Shown one piece after another: positions 9,181-18,571 of a stretch of DNA of 64,000 nt. The first letter of the stretch is position 1. Each line of letters begins with the position of its first letter. The position numbers and the translations under genes were made by a program. The notes beneath the pieces were generated by a model. The model was not told where the DNA came from and made no database searches. It was given only the letters and a program-made list of their open reading frames with translations. This stretch comes from an uncultured Acidimicrobiales bacterium (lineage in GTDB: Bacteria > Actinomycetota > Acidimicrobiia > Acidimicrobiales > Bin134): assembly GCA_951813555.1 (NCBI GenBank), contig OX638344.1:2854475-2918474 (forward strand), written 5' to 3'.

Positions 9181-10303
9181 GGTGTCCCTTCTCATGGTTG
9201 CCGACGGATTCTCTCAGTGCTCGCAGACCGGGCAGGTCGCCCTGTTCGATCAGCTCCAGCGATGCCCCTCCCCCGGTGGACACATGGTCCATGTCCCGGC
9301 CTAGCCCGAATTGGCGTACCGCGGCGGCGCTGTCGCCCCCGCCCACCACGGTGAACGCCCGACTGTCGGCCAGGGCCTGGGACACCACCTTGGTTCCCGC
9401 CGCGAACCGAGGGTCTTCAAACAGCCCCATGGGGCCGTTCCACAGCACGGTGCCGGCCTCGGCGATTAGGTCGCTGAACTCAGCCGCGGTGCCCGGGCCG
9501 ATGTCCAGTCCCTTCCAGTCGGGGCGAAGGTCCACCCCGGCCTGCACTACTCGCTCCCCCGGCGCCAGCGCGGTGATGTCGGAGGGAAGCCGGATGGGTG
9601 CCCCCGAGCTCAATAGTCGACCGCAGGCCTCGATCTGATCTGGTTGCAGCAGCGAGTCGCCCACGCTGTGGCCCAGAGCAGCCAAGAAGGTGAAGCACAT
9701 GCCCCCGCCGATCACCACCTCATCGGCGGTTTCCAGCAGCGACTCGATCACCCCCAGCTTGTCGCTGACTTTGGCTCCGCCTAGCACCGCGACAAACGGC
9801 CGCTTGGGTTTGGCCCTCAGCCCGAGGAGCACTTCGGCCTCTTTGGCCAGCAGTCGCCCGGCTGCGCTGGGCACATAGCGGGGCGGTCCCACGATGGAGG
9901 CGTGGGCCCGATGAGATGCCCCGAAGGCATCGTTCACATAGCCATCGCAGCCATCGACGAGTTGCCCAACCAGTCTGTCGTGGTTGCCGGTTTCGCCGGG
10001 ATCGAAGCGCAGGTTCTCCAGCAATTCCACGCCCGGAGCGAGCTCGCCCAGTCGAGCCTGCACCGGGGCCAGCGAGTACCTGGGATCGGGCTTGCCGTCG
10101 GGGCGGCCAAGGTGACTGCACACGACCACCGCGGCTCCCTGATCGGTCAGCAACCGGATGGTGGGCAGTGCTGCTTTGATGCGGAAGTCATCGGCGATCT
10201 GGCCGCTGGCGTCGAGCGGGACGTTGAAGTCAGCCCGCAGCAGGATCCGTCGGCCGTCCAGCCCGCCCAGGGCCTCGCTCAGCGTTTCAAGGGTGGGCAG
10301 CAC
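9173..10303 (-). CDS. pgk: Phosphoglycerate kinase
   Basis: RILLRADFNVPLD...VVCSHLGRP...STGGGASLE hallmarks. I chose the GTG at 10301-10303, 8 nt after the gap stop. The track start at 10372 overlaps gap by 61 nt. Confidence 0.92.
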   Translation of the reverse strand: MLPTLETLSEALGGLDGRRILLRADFNVPLDASGQIADDFRIKAALPTIRLLTDQGAAVVVCSHLGRPDGKPDPRYSLAPVQARLGELAPGVELLENLRFDPGETGNHDRLVGQLVDGCDGYVNDAFGASHRAHASIVGPPRYVPSAAGRLLAKEAEVLLGLRAKPKRPFVAVLGGAKVSDKLGVIESLLETADEVVIGGGMCFTFLAALGHSVGDSLLQPDQIEACGRLLSSGAPIRLPSDITALAPGERVVQAGVDLRPDWKGLDIGPGTAAEFSDLIAEAGTVLWNGPMGLFEDPRFAAGTKVVSQALADSRAFTVVGGGDSAAAVRQFGLGRDMDHVSTGGGASLELIEQGDLPGLRALRESVGNHEKGHHG

Positions 10304-10311
10304 CTCGGTGC

Positions 10312-11322
<1,011 letters not shown>

Positions 11323-11458
11323 GCGGCTGACACTAACGTAGGCCCGCTGTGACAATGCGCACCTATAGGGACATCCGTCTGCATCTCGCAGAAGTTTCGA
11401 TGCTCGAGGCCATCCCCATCCCGTTCGACGTGAATGTCGACAAAGCTGGTTGCGACTG

Positions 11459-12460
11459 ATGGACTTCAACCGCATCGACTGGCTGGCCCAGCGGGTGGAG
11501 GAGGCCATTGATCCCCACCGGGAGATCGTGGATCCCCATCACCATTTCTACGACGGGGGCTTTATCACGTATCTCGCCGCCCACCACTTGGGCAACGTCA
11601 CGGGCTCGCACAACATCACGAAAACGGTGTTCGTTGAGACTGCGGCCTGCTACGACATGGCACTACCCGAGCACATGCAATCGGTGGGCGAGACGGCCTT
11701 CGCGGCGTCGCAAGGCGACGCCATTGATACGGCCGACGGACCGCCCCTTGCCGGCATCGTTGCCTTCGCCGACTTGATGCTGGGCGACGCCCTCGAAGAG
11801 GTTCTCGATACCCACGATGCCACCAGCAGTGGCCGCTTATGCGGAGTTCGCCACACGACGGGCATAGATCCCAGCCCTGAAGTCCCCCAAGGCCACGGCA
11901 ATCCCTTCCACCAGATGATGGGCACGGACCAGTTCCGGGCTGGACTGCGTACGCTCGTTGAACGGGACTTGGCCTTCGACGCCTGGCTATTTCACCCTCA
12001 GCTGCCCGAGGTGGCTGAACTTGCCGCAGCCATGCCCGAGCTGAGGGTGGTGGTCGGCCACCTAGGGGCCCCTCTGGGCGTGGGCCTTTACCGCGAAAAC
12101 CGCGACCAAGTGTGGGCCGACTGGCAAGCAGGGATGCGGGCCGTGGCCGCCCAACCAAACGCCGTGGTCAAAGTGGGCGGGATCGGAATGGACTTTCTGT
12201 TTGGGATGGGATGGGTTGACCTGCCGGTCCCACCCGGCTCAGAGGAAGTTGCCGCCCACTGGTCCGACGCAGTGCGCTTCTGCATCGACGCCTTCGGCCC
12301 CGACCGATGCATGTTCGAGTCGAACTACCCGGTCGACCGCGAGACCCTCACCTATCCGGTTCTATGGAACGCGTTCCAGATCATGGCCGACGGCTACTCC
12401 GATGCCGAGCAAGACGAACTGTTCTCAGGCACCGCAACCCGCACATACCGCCTGGACTAG
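11459..12460 (+). CDS. Amidohydrolase-family metal-dependent hydrolase (amidohydrolase 2 / TIM barrel)
   Basis: IVDPHHHFYDG metal-binding start, VVGHLG and FESNYPVD motifs. ATG at 11459; the track used TTG at 11450. Confidence 0.75.
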   Translation: MDFNRIDWLAQRVEEAIDPHREIVDPHHHFYDGGFITYLAAHHLGNVTGSHNITKTVFVETAACYDMALPEHMQSVGETAFAASQGDAIDTADGPPLAGIVAFADLMLGDALEEVLDTHDATSSGRLCGVRHTTGIDPSPEVPQGHGNPFHQMMGTDQFRAGLRTLVERDLAFDAWLFHPQLPEVAELAAAMPELRVVVGHLGAPLGVGLYRENRDQVWADWQAGMRAVAAQPNAVVKVGGIGMDFLFGMGWVDLPVPPGSEEVAAHWSDAVRFCIDAFGPDRCMFESNYPVDRETLTYPVLWNAFQIMADGYSDAEQDELFSGTATRTYRLD

Positions 12461-12485
12461 CGCACGTTCCCCTGTCCGCCGTCGA
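12457..12485. repeat. 29-bp direct repeat, copy 1 (partner at 13349-13377)
   Basis: ctagcgcacgttcccctgtccgccgtcga versus ctagcgcacgtttccctgtccgccgtcga, 28/29 identical. The two copies flank the DUF5615/DUF433 cassette. Confidence 0.9.
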
Positions 12486-12846
12486 GCCACCATACGAATG
12501 ACTCGATACCATCGAGGCCAGGCGCGTTCCTGTTGACAAACTCCGTCAGAGCGTCGGCCAATACACGCACATGGTTTGGAGCCGAGCGGGGGAACCGACG
12601 GGGATGGGTATAGACCAGTCCTGAGTGCTTCTCGCCCGCAGCAGAGACATGCCGATGAAGCACTGCGAAGTCTTTGATGTTTTCCGTGACCACTGCTCGT
12701 CCCTCGATTGCCGCCGCGTGAAGCAGATCTACATCAGACAGCCCTCGGAGATCATCGCGCTCCGTTACGGCGATGGTGTCGATCCCGCGAATCCGCAGTG
12801 CTTCTGCTACCGCCGGGGCGTGCATCTCATCGAGTAGGAGCTTCAC
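12457..12846 (-). CDS. DUF5615-family PIN-like putative toxin with a C-terminal tail copied from the SDR gene
   Basis: VKLLLDEMHAPAVAEALRIRGIDTIAVTE...SDVDLLHAAAIEGRAVVTENIKDF matches the DUF5615 pattern. GTG at 12844-12846 overlaps the partner stop (GTGA). The last 7 residues GGQGNVR are identical to the SDR C-terminus encoded by repeat copy 2. Confidence 0.7.
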   Translation of the reverse strand: MKLLLDEMHAPAVAEALRIRGIDTIAVTERDDLRGLSDVDLLHAAAIEGRAVVTENIKDFAVLHRHVSAAGEKHSGLVYTHPRRFPRSAPNHVRVLADALTEFVNRNAPGLDGIESFVWWLDGGQGNVR

Positions 12847-13265
12847 TCCGACAGAAGCCGTCGTTCGTTCTCCCACATGGCCATCTCATGATCGGCCGCC
12901 TCTTCATTGGCTGCCAGTTCAGCGTTGACCTCGTCAGAATATTCTGCGTAATAGCGGGAAGCGGCCCGCACTTGTCCCTCAGTCAAATTGAGCTGAGCAG
13001 CAGCCCTGCCGACTCGTTGCTCAACACTGCCGCGAAGATCGCGCAACAGCCCTGCGATCTCCCAGACATCAGGCCCCGCAGCCAAACCCGCTCGTCGTCC
13101 ACTCGGCCCATCGCGGAACACGACCCCGGGATGGGCCTCCATTCGCAGCCCCTCGTCGATAAGACGCTCCCCCACCGCCGATATCGACCCACGCCCTTGA
13201 GCAGCACGGCGCTTGAGTCGCTCGTAGACACCGGGGCGCTTAAACCTTATCGAGAGCACCGTCAT
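12843..13265 (-). CDS. Putative antitoxin, RHH-like N-terminus plus DUF433-like domain
   Basis: MTVLSIRFKRPGVYERLKRRAAQ (ribbon-helix-helix-like) followed by HPGVVFRDGPSGRRAGLAAGPDVWEI (DUF433-like). DUF433/DUF5615 is the usual gene pairing. Confidence 0.6.
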   Translation of the reverse strand: MTVLSIRFKRPGVYERLKRRAAQGRGSISAVGERLIDEGLRMEAHPGVVFRDGPSGRRAGLAAGPDVWEIAGLLRDLRGSVEQRVGRAAAQLNLTEGQVRAASRYYAEYSDEVNAELAANEEAADHEMAMWENERRLLSE

Positions 13266-13290
13266 GGTGATAGTGTAGTCATATATCACC
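13266..13290. promoter_or_regulatory. Inverted repeat GGTGATA-N11-TATCACC immediately upstream of the DUF433-like gene
   Basis: ggtgata at 13266-13272 and tatcacc at 13284-13290. On the minus strand TACACT lies 6 nt before the ATG, compatible with a leaderless promoter covered by an operator. Confidence 0.4.
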
Positions 13291-13316
13291 ATTTGTCACC
13301 AACAAAGGGGCCGGGT

Positions 13317-13352
13317 GGCTGGGATGGCGACCTCGACACCATGCGCGCCTAG
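13317..13352 (+). pseudogene. Relic of a vapB-type antitoxin 3' end
   Basis: Encodes [11 protein letters not shown]-stop; compare [12 protein letters not shown] in the intact vapB at 14340-14375. By my hand alignment the DNA is about 26/33 identical. There is no upstream coding body. Confidence 0.45.
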
Positions 13353-13377
13353 CGCACGTTTCCCTGTCCGCCGTCGA
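13349..13377. repeat. 29-bp direct repeat, copy 2 (partner at 12457-12485)
   Basis: See copy 1. This copy encodes the genuine SDR C-terminus [10 protein letters not shown]-stop. Confidence 0.9.
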
Positions 13378-14125
13378 CGGGGATGAGTTGGCCGGTGATA
13401 AACCGGGACGCATCTGAGGCCAGAAACACCATCACCGGCCCGAGGTCACGATCAGGGTCGCCGTATTCCTGGCCCAACGCGATGCTATGGATGTTCCGCC
13501 AGAACTTCTCCGTGCGCTCCTCATCGGTAGCCTGATCCCAGGATGCCTGGAACATAGGCGTCTTGATGGCCGGAAGCACGGCGTTCACCCGCACACTGTC
13601 GGCCCCCCAGGCTCCGGCCGCAGTGCGCGTCCAGGCGTGGACCGCGCCCTTGGACGCCGAATAGGCGGCCGCACCCGGTTCGGCCCGCTGGCCGGAGATC
13701 GACCCGAAATTGATGATGGCACCGCCTCCGGCAGCCTTGAGTCGCCGATATGCCGCCTGGTTGGTGAGCACAGTGCCCCGAACGTTCACCGCAAACATCC
13801 GGTCCCACTCATCAACCGTGACCTCTCCCGCAGTGGAAGCAGCATGAATGGCAGCCGGATGCGCCAGCGCATCCAACCCGCCCAATAGGTCATCCGCCTC
13901 CGCAAACGCCGCCTCCACCCGATCGCAATCGGCGACGTCAACTGAGACGTACGAAATTTCCCCGGGCCCTCCCGCCGCCGCATCGGCACAAACCGCCCGC
14001 CCCGCGTCGTTGGAAATGTCCATCCCCACCACGTGGGCCCCCGCCTTCACATAGGCCCGTACCGTCGCGGCCCCCATCCCACTCGCACACCCGGTAACGA
14101 CGATCCTCTTACCGCTCAACTCCAC
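13349..14125 (-). CDS. SDR family oxidoreductase
   Basis: [12 protein letters not shown] cofactor motif, YSASKGAV catalytic motif, 258 aa, GTG start. Confidence 0.85.
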   Translation of the reverse strand: MELSGKRIVVTGCASGMGAATVRAYVKAGAHVVGMDISNDAGRAVCADAAAGGPGEISYVSVDVADCDRVEAAFAEADDLLGGLDALAHPAAIHAASTAGEVTVDEWDRMFAVNVRGTVLTNQAAYRRLKAAGGGAIINFGSISGQRAEPGAAAYSASKGAVHAWTRTAAGAWGADSVRVNAVLPAIKTPMFQASWDQATDEERTEKFWRNIHSIALGQEYGDPDRDLGPVMVFLASDASRFITGQLIPVDGGQGNVR

Positions 14126-14154
14126 AACAGCCTCCCCAATCTTAAGTCAAATTT

Positions 14155-14174
14155 TACACATTGAAGTGTATGAT
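14155..14174 (+). promoter_or_regulatory. vapBC operator/promoter: TACAC-N6-GTGTA dyad overlapping a TATGAT -10 box
   Basis: tacac at 14155-14159, gtgta at 14166-14170, tatgat at 14169-14174. The vapB ATG at 14181 is 7 nt after the -10 box, suggesting a leaderless transcript. Confidence 0.45.
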
Positions 14175-14180
14175 GGTGTC

Positions 14181-14411
14181 ATGAGCCGCACGAACATCGA
14201 CATCGACGATGAGCTCATTGAGCGCGCCATGCAGACGTTCGGACTTCGCACCAAGCGCCAAGCGGTACATCTCGCCTTGGAGCGCCTGCTGGGCGGCGGA
14301 CCGATGACCATTGAAGAGCAACTGGCCATGGAAGGAGTCGGCTGGGACGGCAATCTAGATGCCATGCGCGCCGACCGGTTTGCCGACTGGGACACCAGTG
14401 CTGATAGCTGA
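14181..14411 (+). CDS. vapB: Type II antitoxin, VapB family
   Basis: [37 protein letters not shown] is the classic VapB N-terminus. It overlaps vapC by 14 nt. Confidence 0.8.
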   Translation: MSRTNIDIDDELIERAMQTFGLRTKRQAVHLALERLLGGGPMTIEEQLAMEGVGWDGNLDAMRADRFADWDTSADS

Positions 14412-14790
14412 CACCTCTGTCTGGATCGACTTCTTGTCAGCGACGGGGTCAGCCCAGGCGAAGAGGATGCGCCAGGCAATCTCCAGTAGAGAGGTCATTA
14501 CCCTCGACCCAATCCTGTTGGAAGTAATGGCCGGCGCCCGCCGAGATGCTGTAGCCCGAACCCAACGGCTTCTGGAGGCACAGCAACACGAAGCGCTCTC
14601 CCCCAAGCTCGATTGGCTCGATGCCGCAACTATCTACCGAGAACTCAGGTGGCGGGGAATCACCATTCGTTCTCAAACCGATGCCCTCATCGCGGCCGTC
14701 GCCATTCGCCTCAACGTCCCCGTGCTCCACCACGACCGCGACTACGCCCACATCGCCAAGCACACCGCCCTCCAACTCGTCAAAGTCTGA
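14398..14790 (+). CDS. vapC: Type II toxin, VapC family PIN-domain ribonuclease
   Basis: [13 protein letters not shown] (first acidic PIN residue), later DALIAAVA and HHDRDY. GTG at 14398. Confidence 0.85.
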   Translation: MLIADTSVWIDFLSATGSAQAKRMRQAISSREVITLDPILLEVMAGARRDAVARTQRLLEAQQHEALSPKLDWLDAATIYRELRWRGITIRSQTDALIAAVAIRLNVPVLHHDRDYAHIAKHTALQLVKV

Positions 14791-14917
14791 CACCACCGCC
14801 TCTGGGCCAATGAAGGTATGCCTATGAGGTGGCGTGGGAGTACGTTGCCGGGGTGAATGAGGTGTTTTCGGTGGGCTTGGTTGAGGGCATTGCCAGGGCC
14901 TGAACTGGGGTGCGGTC

Positions 14918-16420
14918 GTGCGAATAGTTGACCTGTTGGAGCGTGATGCTGCGCTCTATCCCCAGCGGACTGCGGTAGCGGTCGAGGGAGGTCCTTGGGT
15001 TACGTTTGCCGACTTGCGCGATCGGGTTCGCCGGCTGGCAGCTGGACTTGAAGCTGCCAGCGTGGGCCCCGGCGACCGGGTGGCGCTCATGGCCGACAAC
15101 GGGCTGGTCTTTTTTGACATCTATCTGGCGGTGGCCTATCTGGGCGCGGCGACTGTGCCGTTGAACACCCAGCTCACCGATCCTGAGCTGGCCTTCATCC
15201 TGTCGAACGCCGAGCCCACCCTCACCTTGGCAACCAGCGATTATGCCGAGCGGCTGGAGGCCATTGACTCCACTGGACAAGTGATCGACGTCGAGGGCGA
15301 CGACTACGCCGAGCTGCTGGCGTCGGTCCCGTTCGCCGAATTGGACCGCGCCACCGAGGACGACGTCGCTTTGATCATCTACACGAGCGGCACTACTGGA
15401 CGGCCCAAGGGCGTATGCCTCACCCAGCGGGGGCTGGCGTTCAACGGGCTCACCATGGCGCTGGTCCAGCGGTTTCAGCCCGACGATGTGTTCTTGTCGA
15501 CCACGCCGCTTTACCACGCGGCCACTGGCACGCGGGTCAGCTCCATGCTGGCCGACGGCCAGACCCACGTGGTGCTGCGATCCTTCTCGCCGGAGTCGTT
15601 CTTCGCCGCCGTTGCCGAGCACCGAGTGACAATCTCGATCCTGGTCCCCGCCCAGCTGCGCCGCATCCTCGATCACCCCGGATTCGACGAGGCCGACCTC
15701 TCCAGCCTCCGCCTGATCGTCTACGGCGCGGCACCTACCGCCGGACCGCTCATCCGACAGGCTTACGAGCGCTTCGGCTGCGGGCTGTATCAGGGTTATG
15801 GCATATCCGAGTGCGTCACCAACCTCACCGGGCTGCTGCCCGAGGATCACGACATGGCCATGGCCGGGCGTACTGAGCTGTTGGACTCGTGCGGGCGCGT
15901 CGTGCCCGGGGTCCGGATCGAACTCCACGACGACGACGGCACCCTCGTCGCCCCCGGCGATGTGGGCGAGATCTGGGTGAAGAGCGAGAAGGTAATGGCC
16001 GGCTACTGGCGCGATCCCGCCCAGACTGCCGAGGCCCTGGTCGACGGTTGGTTGCGAACCGGGGACCTAGGTCGATTCGATGACGACGGCTACCTATACA
16101 TCGTGGGCCGGGCCAAAGACATGCTGATCAGCGGCGGCGTCAACGTCTACCCCAGCGAGATCGAAGCGGTGCTCTATGACCACCCGGCTGTCGCCGAAGT
16201 GGCGGTGGTCGGTCGCCCCGACCCCGAATGGGGCGAGCGCCCGGTGGCCTTCGTCGAGCTGCGACCGGAGGAAACGCTCGACGGACTACAGGATTGGTGC
16301 CGCCACCGCCTGGCCAAGATCAAGGTCCCCGACGAGTTCATCGCCGTCGACACCTTCCCCCGCACCGTCACCGGCAAAATCCGCAAAGTCGAGCTCCGAG
16401 AACACCTCGCCACCAACTGA
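14918..16420 (+). CDS. AMP-dependent acyl-CoA synthetase/ligase (class I adenylate-forming)
   Basis: AMP-binding motif IIYTSGTTGRPKGV, plus YGISE, TGDLGRFDDDGYLYIVGRAKD and GKIRK. Confidence 0.88.
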   Translation: MRIVDLLERDAALYPQRTAVAVEGGPWVTFADLRDRVRRLAAGLEAASVGPGDRVALMADNGLVFFDIYLAVAYLGAATVPLNTQLTDPELAFILSNAEPTLTLATSDYAERLEAIDSTGQVIDVEGDDYAELLASVPFAELDRATEDDVALIIYTSGTTGRPKGVCLTQRGLAFNGLTMALVQRFQPDDVFLSTTPLYHAATGTRVSSMLADGQTHVVLRSFSPESFFAAVAEHRVTISILVPAQLRRILDHPGFDEADLSSLRLIVYGAAPTAGPLIRQAYERFGCGLYQGYGISECVTNLTGLLPEDHDMAMAGRTELLDSCGRVVPGVRIELHDDDGTLVAPGDVGEIWVKSEKVMAGYWRDPAQTAEALVDGWLRTGDLGRFDDDGYLYIVGRAKDMLISGGVNVYPSEIEAVLYDHPAVAEVAVVGRPDPEWGERPVAFVELRPEETLDGLQDWCRHRLAKIKVPDEFIAVDTFPRTVTGKIRKVELREHLATN

Positions 16421-16436
16421 CCGGGAAAAGGGCGCC

Positions 16437-18239
16437 TCAGGGCAATCTGATGATCTCCACCGCGTTGCCGGGCCACTCGTGATGAGGTGAGAAAACCTTT
16501 TCCTTTGGTACAACCTCGACTGATTTGTCGGTGCTACAGGCAACCGCGGATCTGCTGCAACCGCGTCTGACTACGAAGTCGGGATACGAGACCATCATCT
16601 GCGAGGGGACCTCGTTATCGTCGGCCCACCGCAACGGCGCCCGGAGCTCGAATCCCGGGAGGCCCGATTCGTGGGGCGGTTCATGAGCGATGATCGAATC
16701 CAACAGGACCGAGTTCGCTGATTCTCCCAGCTCTGCGATGACGTCGTCATAGATGCTGAGAAGCATGTTCCAGTTCCCGGAAGCTACGACAACCAGATCG
16801 TCCCGACCATAGAAAGCTCTCGGAGTCGTTCTCGCAGGGTGGAAAGTCGCGATGCCCACGACCGGGCCCTCAATCGGCGCCTCGCCGTCTTCTAGGTCAA
16901 TCACAATTACCGCGTAGGTCCCCTCGACAGTGTCCGAGAGCGCTGGCCGAGCTCTCACGAGATACCGGTCGCCATTGAGCAACACTCCGGCGATCTCAGC
17001 TTCAGATGCCAGGTCGGGCTCCACGACGGATTCGGCTCCAGCGGCTTCATTTTGCGACTCGTTGCTGTCCAGGGAACCCCATTGGGGCTCAGAGACGAAG
17101 AGCGCGTCAACGACGAATAACACCAGTCGGTCGCCTGCCACCATGCCTGTGGCGTTGTACCCCGAAACTGGTGAGATTCCCAAGAGTTCCCAGGTCTCGT
17201 TACGGGGCTGGTAGCTCAGAAGCAAGGACTCCGCTGTGCCGAGGCCGGTTCCCAAGTGGCCAGTCGAGACGATGAGCTCGGTTCCAGTCCATATCAGCGT
17301 CTGGCTCCCCAAGTTGCCTTCATAGCTTTCTGGTTCGGGAAGAGGTTCAGGCATTGCAGTCCACACATTTGTCGAAGGGTCGTACGCCGAACCGACTGCA
17401 CGCTCTGAGTAGCCGACATTCGCGGAGCCGGGAAGACCGCCCCACACAATGAGCTCTTCGTCGGTCCAAACCACATCGGGCATCGCCGGCCATGCGGGCG
17501 GATCGGGCAGCGTTCTCCAGGTGTTCTCAATGGGGTTGTAGGCGAGTCCCCTTTTCGTCGCTCGTGATGTTTCTGTTGGCCAAAGGACAAGCTCAGCGCC
17601 AGTCCATGCAGCTTCGCGGTTACGTCCCAGGGGAGTTGGTGGCGCGGCGGCCAACTCCCAGGCGTCTGTCATGGGGCGATAGACAGCGACTCTGTCTCCA
17701 GTCACAAGCAGGATTTCAGTGCCATTCCAGAGGATGTCGGCAGAAAACTCACTGGTGGTCGGTGCGTCGGGTAGTGAGCGCCATGTGTCAGTTTGCAGGT
17801 CATAGGCGGACACCGAGGGCCCCCAGAAGACGATGACCTCGCCATCGGTTTGGGCGCTCGCAGTGCCGTACATTGCAGGCCTGGGACTGGCAGCTAGCTG
17901 CCGCCACTTTGTTGTCTCCGGGTTGTAGGCAAACCCAAGACCGGCCTGGCTACCCCACAGCAGCAATTCGCTGCCGGACCAAGCGGCAATCAAATGCGGC
18001 CCCACCAGTGAATCGGGAAACTGGACTCTTGCCCATCCGGTGACCGGGAAGACTCCGGACGCCACCGGAATTTCAGAGCTGTCTTCGACAACGCCAGTCT
18101 CGACTTCACCTTCAACCGATGGCTGAGCCACCGATGATGACCCCACTTCATCGCCATCGCTTCCACAACCGCCCAAGACAGCCCCGACCCACACAATCAC
18201 CACTAGCGTGCCCACTGCGCGAGCGGCAGCGATGGTCAT
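16437..18239 (-). CDS. Secreted lipoprotein with Kelch-type beta-propeller repeats
   Basis: Start re-picked at MTIAAARAVGTLVVIVWVGAVLGGCGS (signal peptide plus lipobox LGGC; ATG at 18237-18239). There are six repeats of the type YNPETTKWRQL / YDLQTDTWRSLPDAP / YRPMTDAWEL / YNPIENTWRTLPDPP / YDPSTNVWTAMPEP / YQPRNETWELL. It begins 8 nt after the DUF4387 stop. Confidence 0.7.
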   Translation of the reverse strand: MTIAAARAVGTLVVIVWVGAVLGGCGSDGDEVGSSSVAQPSVEGEVETGVVEDSSEIPVASGVFPVTGWARVQFPDSLVGPHLIAAWSGSELLLWGSQAGLGFAYNPETTKWRQLAASPRPAMYGTASAQTDGEVIVFWGPSVSAYDLQTDTWRSLPDAPTTSEFSADILWNGTEILLVTGDRVAVYRPMTDAWELAAAPPTPLGRNREAAWTGAELVLWPTETSRATKRGLAYNPIENTWRTLPDPPAWPAMPDVVWTDEELIVWGGLPGSANVGYSERAVGSAYDPSTNVWTAMPEPLPEPESYEGNLGSQTLIWTGTELIVSTGHLGTGLGTAESLLLSYQPRNETWELLGISPVSGYNATGMVAGDRLVLFVVDALFVSEPQWGSLDSNESQNEAAGAESVVEPDLASEAEIAGVLLNGDRYLVRARPALSDTVEGTYAVIVIDLEDGEAPIEGPVVGIATFHPARTTPRAFYGRDDLVVVASGNWNMLLSIYDDVIAELGESANSVLLDSIIAHEPPHESGLPGFELRAPLRWADDNEVPSQMMVSYPDFVVRRGCSRSAVACSTDKSVEVVPKEKVFSPHHEWPGNAVEIIRLP

Positions 18240-18247
18240 GAACCAAG

Positions 18248-18571
18248 CTACCGCTTGATCTCGGTGTCGGCGTCTATGTCGATGTCGAGGATTAGGGATT
18301 GGTAGGACTTGCCGTGGGGGTCGGTGCGCAGGCTGCGGGACACTCCTCCGCCCAGGGCCTCGGTCATCACGAAGTTCAGGCCCTTGGTGCCGGGAAGTTC
18401 GTAGCGGGTGATCTCGCCCTTGACCAGGCCGCCGAACTTCTCCCGGACCTTGTCTACAGTGAGCTCGCGTCGCAGTACATCCCAATTGTCGTCGTCGTAG
18501 ACGAATACGCAGAGGTTCGAGATGTCGCCCTTGTCGCCGGAGCGGCTGTAAGCGAACTCTCGCAGCTTCAT
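18248..18571 (-). CDS. DUF4387-like small protein (usual partner of AtuA/DUF1446)
   Basis: MKLREFAYSRSGDKGDISNLCVFVYDDDNWDVL... Its ATG overlaps the stop of the upstream AtuA-like gene (ATGA at 18568-18571). Confidence 0.6.
   Translation of the reverse strand: MKLREFAYSRSGDKGDISNLCVFVYDDDNWDVLRRELTVDKVREKFGGLVKGEITRYELPGTKGLNFVMTEALGGGVSRSLRTDPHGKSYQSLILDIDIDADTEIKR

Noticed and set aside
12316-12332. LexA-box-like tcgaactacccggtcga
   Set aside because: It lies inside the amidohydrolase CDS, and its second half-site does not match GTTCGA at the correct spacing.
14822-15928. 368-aa minus-strand ORF opposite the acyl-CoA synthetase gene
   Set aside because: This is a typical high-GC antisense shadow ORF. 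The plus strand carries all the AMP-binding motifs. The same reasoning applies to 25529-26431, 27689-28630, 28736-29671, 54465-55262 and similar ORFs.
16630-16660. tRNA T-arm-like string (gctcgaatcccgg) and other ttcgaatc hits (for example near 7155)
   Set aside because: They are embedded in well-supported CDSs, and no acceptor or anticodon arms can be built around them. Intergenic spaces are too short for tRNA genes.
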